A stretch of 64,000 nucleotides of DNA, from the NCBI GenBank assembly GCA_049324495.1, contig JBMOOP010000128.1:10797-74796 (forward strand). The letters are read 5' to 3'. Of this stretch, positions 59,491 to 64,000 are shown piece after piece. The stretch comes from Pseudomonadota bacterium. GTDB lineage: Bacteria; Pseudomonadota; Gammaproteobacteria; Pseudomonadales; JADFDG01. How positions within the stretch are numbered: the stretch's first letter is position 1; every line of letters starts with the position of its first letter. A program made the position numbers and the translations under genes. The notes below the pieces were generated by a model. It was not told the origin of the DNA. It made no database searches and worked only from the letters and a program-made list of their open reading frames with translations.

Positions 59491-60318
59491 GTGATTCTGC
59501 GTACGCTCCTCATTGGTTTGCTCGCTGCGCTGGCTGCCTGTCAGGGCGCTGCTCCCCGCAGCACAGCCGGCCAGCCGGGCGAAGTTGTGTTCGTGGACGC
59601 CGTCGGCAATCGCATGCATGTTGATGTCGCACATGAACCTGCCAGATCGCCGTCTGCCAGCGAATTCGGCGGCGAGCAATTCGTTGATGTCGATACCCTC
59701 GATCAGCAGGCAGATCAGCGCAGTCGCGATCGTTTCTACCCGATTCCGCAGCCCGGTGGCGAGCCCGGCATTGTCAGCGCCCGCGCCCTTGGCGTCGAGC
59801 CTGCCGGCAGCGCGATGCAGGCAGAACCTGCAAAGCAGATACCTGCCGAACTCAGGACCTGTTCGCAGGGGCCGGTCATCGAACACCTCCTGGTGCGCGA
59901 AACCCCGGCGCTGCATGTGGATCTGGTGTTCCCGGTCTATGGCGACTCGCTGGCGCCGTTACGACGTTATGCCGGCCATGCATTGCCGCTACCGGCTGGT
60001 GCTGTGGCAGTACGGTTGTGGGTAATCGTGCAGGGCACAACGGCGCCGGATCTGGTCGCGCTGCTTGTCGATCGCGATGGTCGCGTCACTTCGATCGTTA
60101 ACAACATTGCGACTGAATCGATACCGGAAAATCTGTTCCGCTACGGTAGAGTCGGCAGTGTGATTCCGTTACCGCGAGAGGCCGCCTCCGGGGAGCGTCT
60201 GGTGGTTATGGAGGGGCATTGGGCCCGCAAGATACTGCCGGTTGAGTGCCAGCCAGCCACATCGCTCGGCGCTGCAGTGGCTGGCCGCACCACACTTGAA
60301 TTTCTGATGGGCGAATGA
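59491..60318 (+). CDS. filE: Lipoprotein of unknown function (FilE-like by position)
   Basis: The GTG at 59491 gives (V)ILRTLLIGLLAALAAC (lipobox LAAC). I recognise no other motif. The start is uncertain (the ORF opens at 59461, overlapping filD). Confidence 0.5.
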   Translation: MILRTLLIGLLAALAACQGAAPRSTAGQPGEVVFVDAVGNRMHVDVAHEPARSPSASEFGGEQFVDVDTLDQQADQRSRDRFYPIPQPGGEPGIVSARALGVEPAGSAMQAEPAKQIPAELRTCSQGPVIEHLLVRETPALHVDLVFPVYGDSLAPLRRYAGHALPLPAGAVAVRLWVIVQGTTAPDLVALLVDRDGRVTSIVNNIATESIPENLFRYGRVGSVIPLPREAASGERLVVMEGHWARKILPVECQPATSLGAAVAGRTTLEFLMGE

Positions 60319-60326
60319 GGCAAGCG

Positions 60327-62138
60327 ATGAAGTTTCGCGCAGGGTGCAGGGTGCTCATGAGCGCCCTGTTGCTTGGTCTGGCCGGTTGCGACATTGCCCC
60401 TGATGCCAGACTGGGCGATCCGATCAACAGCGGTGCTGGTGGCGCTGATGGCAGTCAGCTTGATCCGAATGCAGACGGAAACATCGCCGTTTTTTTCTAT
60501 CTCGATCGGCCTGTGGTCGGCTTGCGTTTCAGTTGCACCAGTTCGGGAGCCCTGCCAATTATTACCGGGCAGACCGACGGTAACGGGCGTCTTGTTTGCC
60601 CGCGCAGGGCCAGACTCGCTTTTTTCATCGGCGATCCCGCTGAATTGAAACTGGGTGAGGTCGATCTCGGGATATTCGGCCGTGAAGGTGAGGCCGACGC
60701 GCGCAACTACGTCACGGTTACGCCGGCCACGCTCGCCGGAACCCTGGCTGACTCGAACAACGCTGTCGTGACCAATACCTTCAATCTGTTGACGACGCTC
60801 GATGCCGGAACAGGGGGTGGTCGGCAGGCCGTTATCCACATCACCGATGCCGTGCATACCGCCTTTTCGCCCCACGCAAACAGCCTTGCGCTCGATGCCC
60901 CGGTAATTGGTTTTGACTCCGCACTTGAGACAATCGCGCTCGCGATTCATGCAGAAACAGCCAATTCCCTGCGCAACGGCGGTCTTGCTCTGACCGATGT
61001 CCAGGCGCGGGTTCTGGCGGATACGTCCATTCTGCGTGCGCGCTCGGGTATGTACCGTTCGCTGGGCGGCATGAGTGACACCAATGATTTCATCACCAGC
61101 CTTGGTTTCAGCGGCAAGGTGATTTTCTCGGTTGCGCGCAGCGGACGAGTGGCGGGCATTGCCCAGTTCACGCGAATCGACAATGGCGTACAGCCGCCGG
61201 GGTTCGCGCTTGAGATAGGTCCACTGGTCGATGACTCGCGGCTGCTGCCGGACGGACGCCTGGTGCACGGTACCGCCGCAGCTGCAGGCTTGCGCTGGCT
61301 TTCGGCGGCAAACGACGATCTGCTGCTCACCGGCCGCCTGGTGAATGACTGGCTGTTTGGCAATATCGAGAATCTCGATCCGGAACAGAATCACCGCGTG
61401 CCGTCAAATTATGTGTTTTCGTCAACCGATCTGGGCTATTTCCGGGTGAACGGTAATCAGTTTGAAGGCGAGACGTCGGTCTACGCGAGTGCGCTCAACA
61501 CCCCCGGCATCGAGCTCGATGAGTTGCCGGCCGAATTTCTGCCGCGAACCATTGGCCTGAAGTACAGGGGCTATCCGGATGGCGAGAAGGTGACGGATGC
61601 ACAACGGGCCAGCTCCACTTATCTGAACGCTGAAACCGAGCACGAGTTATTTTTCCGTATCCTTGCCGACGGTGACATCGTCAGCGATGTCGACCGCGAC
61701 TGCGAAGACATCTCCCTGGTTGGCAATCAATTGCGGGATGCAAGTAGCACGCAGGAGTTTTACGTGGGCCACGTCGGCGCCATTTTCAAAGACGACGAGG
61801 GGAACCCGTACATCACGATGATCCTGGCGATCTATGAACCGGGTCATCCGCAATACGGGTTCACGCTGGGTGCCCCGGCTTTGGGTCGCAGCACCCTCGA
61901 TTCGGTGGTGTACGACGTAAATCGCGGGGAATTGCGCAGCAAGAACTGCGATCCGAAAGATGATCCCTGCACCGAGCCGGTCGAGTGGTTCGATGACGTT
62001 TTTTACATCAGGGAAGTGCTCAAACCGATCCTCGCACAGGGCATTACGGACGTGGAGGATGCCGATCTGTACTTCCGTGATCCGGGCTATTACGGCCAGA
62101 TCACGCTCAATGCCGACATCTGTACGGTCCCACCCTGA
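60327..62138 (+). CDS. filF: Large lipoprotein of unknown function (FilF-like by position)
   Basis: The ATG at 60327 follows GAGG (MKFRAGCRVLMSALLLGLAGC, lipobox LAGC). An alternative ATG at 60315 forms an ATGA overlap with filE. About 600 aa, with no recognisable enzymatic motif. Confidence 0.5.
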   Translation: MKFRAGCRVLMSALLLGLAGCDIAPDARLGDPINSGAGGADGSQLDPNADGNIAVFFYLDRPVVGLRFSCTSSGALPIITGQTDGNGRLVCPRRARLAFFIGDPAELKLGEVDLGIFGREGEADARNYVTVTPATLAGTLADSNNAVVTNTFNLLTTLDAGTGGGRQAVIHITDAVHTAFSPHANSLALDAPVIGFDSALETIALAIHAETANSLRNGGLALTDVQARVLADTSILRARSGMYRSLGGMSDTNDFITSLGFSGKVIFSVARSGRVAGIAQFTRIDNGVQPPGFALEIGPLVDDSRLLPDGRLVHGTAAAAGLRWLSAANDDLLLTGRLVNDWLFGNIENLDPEQNHRVPSNYVFSSTDLGYFRVNGNQFEGETSVYASALNTPGIELDELPAEFLPRTIGLKYRGYPDGEKVTDAQRASSTYLNAETEHELFFRILADGDIVSDVDRDCEDISLVGNQLRDASSTQEFYVGHVGAIFKDDEGNPYITMILAIYEPGHPQYGFTLGAPALGRSTLDSVVYDVNRGELRSKNCDPKDDPCTEPVEWFDDVFYIREVLKPILAQGITDVEDADLYFRDPGYYGQITLNADICTVPP

Positions 62139-62160
62139 GAGGGGAATTTTCCAAGGCTCG

Positions 62161-62172
62161 ATTGTCGACAAT
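62161..62172. promoter_or_regulatory. Perfect 12-bp palindrome ATTGTCGACAAT, candidate GntR-family operator 1
   Basis: Read directly. It contains the GT-N-AC core typical of GntR/FadR-type operators. An identical copy lies 63 bp downstream. Confidence 0.5.
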
Positions 62173-62223
62173 CAGGCTTGACCGCTTCCGTTCAGGCCAC
62201 TATGGTTAGGCCTCTTCGTTTCA

Positions 62224-62235
62224 ATTGTCGACAAT
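62224..62235. promoter_or_regulatory. Perfect 12-bp palindrome ATTGTCGACAAT, candidate GntR-family operator 2
   Basis: Identical to the 62161-62172 site. It ends 6 nt before the GTG start of the GntR gene. Confidence 0.5.
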
Positions 62236-62241
62236 CTGACC

Positions 62242-62925
62242 GTGTTTCCCCACCCAGATACAGACGAGAGCACCGCGCGCACCGCTGCTGACCGGGTCTT
62301 TGAAGCCCTGCAGGCAGCGATCATCCGTGGCGATATCCCGCCGGGCGCCCGGATCGGCGAGACCGAACTCGCAGAGCGTTTCGGTACCAGTCGCGGCCCG
62401 CTGCGCGAGGCACTGCGGCGGCTCGAATCGCGCCGGCTGGTCGAGCGCACCCCTCATGTCGGCATCCGCATTGCCTCACTTACCCACGGGGCCTTGATCG
62501 AGATTTATTACGTTCGTGAGGCCCTTGAGGGCATGGCCGCACGGCTGGCCGCCATGCACATGACGGCGGGTGAAGTTGTCGGGTTGCACCAGTTATTGGC
62601 TGAGCACCAGCGTGACGAGGCGCTGCAAGCCGACACCGCTTATTTCCAGCAGGAAGGCGACCTCGATTTCCACTATCGCATCATCAATGGCTCGCATAAT
62701 CGCGCGCTGACCGAACTGTTGATCGGCGAGCTGTACCATCGGGTGCGCATGTATCGCCAGCAGTTCAGTGCCTACGCCAATCGGCCGCAGAAGGCTTTCA
62801 GCGAACATCTGCGCATCGTCGAAGCAATCGAAGCCCGTGACGGGGATCTCGCCGAAATGCTGATGCGCCGTCACATCAGTGCTGCCCGCCAGAATATCGA
62901 ACGCCACTTAAAGGAGAGCGCATGA
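62242..62925 (+). CDS. GntR-family (FadR/FCD subfamily) transcriptional regulator of the methylcitrate (prp) operon
   Basis: Winged-helix block [36 protein letters not shown] followed by an FCD-like helical domain. There is an ATGA overlap with prpB. Confidence 0.85.
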   Translation: MFPHPDTDESTARTAADRVFEALQAAIIRGDIPPGARIGETELAERFGTSRGPLREALRRLESRRLVERTPHVGIRIASLTHGALIEIYYVREALEGMAARLAAMHMTAGEVVGLHQLLAEHQRDEALQADTAYFQQEGDLDFHYRIINGSHNRALTELLIGELYHRVRMYRQQFSAYANRPQKAFSEHLRIVEAIEARDGDLAEMLMRRHISAARQNIERHLKESA

Positions 62926-63806
62926 CCAGAAAACTCACTGCCGGCGGCCATTTTCGCCTCGCCTTGCGCGAGGAAAAACCGCTGCAGGTAATCGGCACCG
63001 TCAATGCCTACGCGGCGATGATGGCCAAACGCACCGGCTACCGCGCCATTTATCTTTCCGGTGCCGGTGTTGCCAACTATTCTTACGGCCTGCCGGATCT
63101 TGGCATTACCTCGCTTGAGGATGTGTTGATCGACGTGCGCCGCATAACCGGCATGGTAGATACGCCGCTGCTGGTGGATATCGATACCGGTTGGGGCGGG
63201 GCGTTCAACATCGCCCGTACTGTCAGGCAGATGATTGCCGCCGGTGCTGCCGGCGCGCACATTGAGGATCAGGTTGCACAGAAGCGCTGTGGCCATCGTC
63301 CGGGCAAAGAAGTGGTCTCGCAGGAAGAGATGGTCGACCGCGTCAAGGCCGCCGTTGATGCCAAGACCGATCCTGATTTCGTGCTGATGGCACGTACCGA
63401 CGCGCTGCAGAGCGAAGGCCTGCAGGGCGTGATTGATCGTGCCTGTGCGTTTGTTGAGGCCGGTGCCGACGCCATTTTCGCTGAAGCGATGACCGACATC
63501 ACCATGTACAAAAAAGTGTGTGATGCCGTGAAGGTACCGGTGCTCGCCAATATCACTGAATTTGGCGCCACGCCGTACTACACGCGCGAGGAACTGGGAG
63601 CGCAGGGCATTGCCATGGTGCTTTATCCATTGTCCCCGACCCGGGCGATGCAGCGCGCTGCGCTGGCAGTGATGCAGGCCATCCGTGATGAAGGCACGCA
63701 GAAAAATGTGCTGGAGTTGATGCAGACGCGTGCCGAACTCTACGATTTTCTCGGCTATCACGCCTACGAAGACAAACTCGATCAGTTGTTCAGGAAGGGG
63801 AAGTGA
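62922..63806 (+). CDS. prpB: 2-methylisocitrate lyase
   Basis: 294 aa in the PEP mutase/isocitrate lyase family. Readable blocks are [48 protein letters not shown] and ARTDA. Confidence 0.93.
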   Translation: MTRKLTAGGHFRLALREEKPLQVIGTVNAYAAMMAKRTGYRAIYLSGAGVANYSYGLPDLGITSLEDVLIDVRRITGMVDTPLLVDIDTGWGGAFNIARTVRQMIAAGAAGAHIEDQVAQKRCGHRPGKEVVSQEEMVDRVKAAVDAKTDPDFVLMARTDALQSEGLQGVIDRACAFVEAGADAIFAEAMTDITMYKKVCDAVKVPVLANITEFGATPYYTREELGAQGIAMVLYPLSPTRAMQRAALAVMQAIRDEGTQKNVLELMQTRAELYDFLGYHAYEDKLDQLFRKGK

Positions 63807-63830
63807 AATGCCGGCCTCTTTTTCCGCAAT

Positions 63831-64000
63831 CGCGCTCCCTCTCCCCTGTGGAGTGAGGGGGGTGAGCGCAGGTAAAGCCCCTCTCCCCTGTGGAGTGAGG
63901 GGGGGTGAGCGCAGGTAAAGCCCCTCTCCCCTGTGGAGTGAGGGGGGGTGAGCGCAGGTAAAGCCCCTCTCCCCTGGCGGGAGAGGGGTTGGGGAGAGGG
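63831..64000. repeat. Tandem 42-43 bp repeat (at least 3.5 copies, continues past the window end) built from a CCCCTCTCCCC / GGGGAGAGGG-type REP-like palindromic element
   Basis: CTCCCCTG recurs at 63841, 63883, 63926 and 63969. The unit is about GCGCAGGTAAAGCCCCTCTCCCCTGTGGAGTGAGGGGGGTGA. The last copy changes into CCCCTCTCCCCTGGCGGGAGAGGGGTTGGGGAGAGGG. Confidence 0.85.

Noticed and set aside
63831-64000. Possible CRISPR array at the right edge of the window
   Set aside because: The repeat units are directly contiguous (period 42-43 bp) with no unique spacers between them. The unit is a G/C-tract REP-like palindrome, and there are no cas genes in the window.

Overview
This is a GC-rich gammaproteobacterial chromosome segment with dense coding and many 1-4 nt gene overlaps. 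Most of it is core metabolism, and the gene order looks Pseudomonas-like to me. The core blocks are: ccoNOQP-ccoGHI (cbb3 oxidase); fabI; a yejABEF-type ABC importer; mltD; gloB; rnhA-dnaQ; fimL-nudC; sohB; sulfite reductase; metH; nfuA; aroG; cysB/cysH/thrH/pabB; and a GntR-prpB start of a methylcitrate operon. Two accessory blocks sit at the junctions between core blocks, and neither matches a characterised system that I know. (1) 30.7-42.2 kb looks like a protein-glycosylation island. It holds four tandem, translationally coupled paralogues that fuse TPR repeats to a GT9 (heptosyltransferase-like) domain. With them are a small GT8-like DxD enzyme, a TPR-GT41 (OGT/SPINDLY-like) enzyme, a WecE-type sugar aminotransferase and two SAM methyltransferases. 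The island has no polysaccharide polymerase or export genes. (2) 50.9-62.1 kb starts with a large CSLREA/Pmp-repeat/Calx-beta surface protein, followed by a Fil-like (Acinetobacter filABCDEF-type) surface-fibre locus. That locus has two paralogous Gly/Thr/Asn-rich secreted subunits, a stand-alone periplasmic C39 peptidase, two different outer-membrane beta-barrels and two lipoproteins. It has no chaperone-usher, type IV pilus or ATPase components. Both subunits carry a double-glycine-leader-like motif just after their Sec signal, which suggests a substrate for the C39 enzyme. Smaller items are a vapBC-type TA pair with a probably leaderless antitoxin mRNA and a palindromic operator, twin 12-bp palindromes ahead of the GntR/prpB genes, and a 42-43 bp tandem repeat at the right edge. 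I found no tRNA, rRNA, CRISPR array or transposase. All family assignments come from reading motifs by eye, not from database searches.
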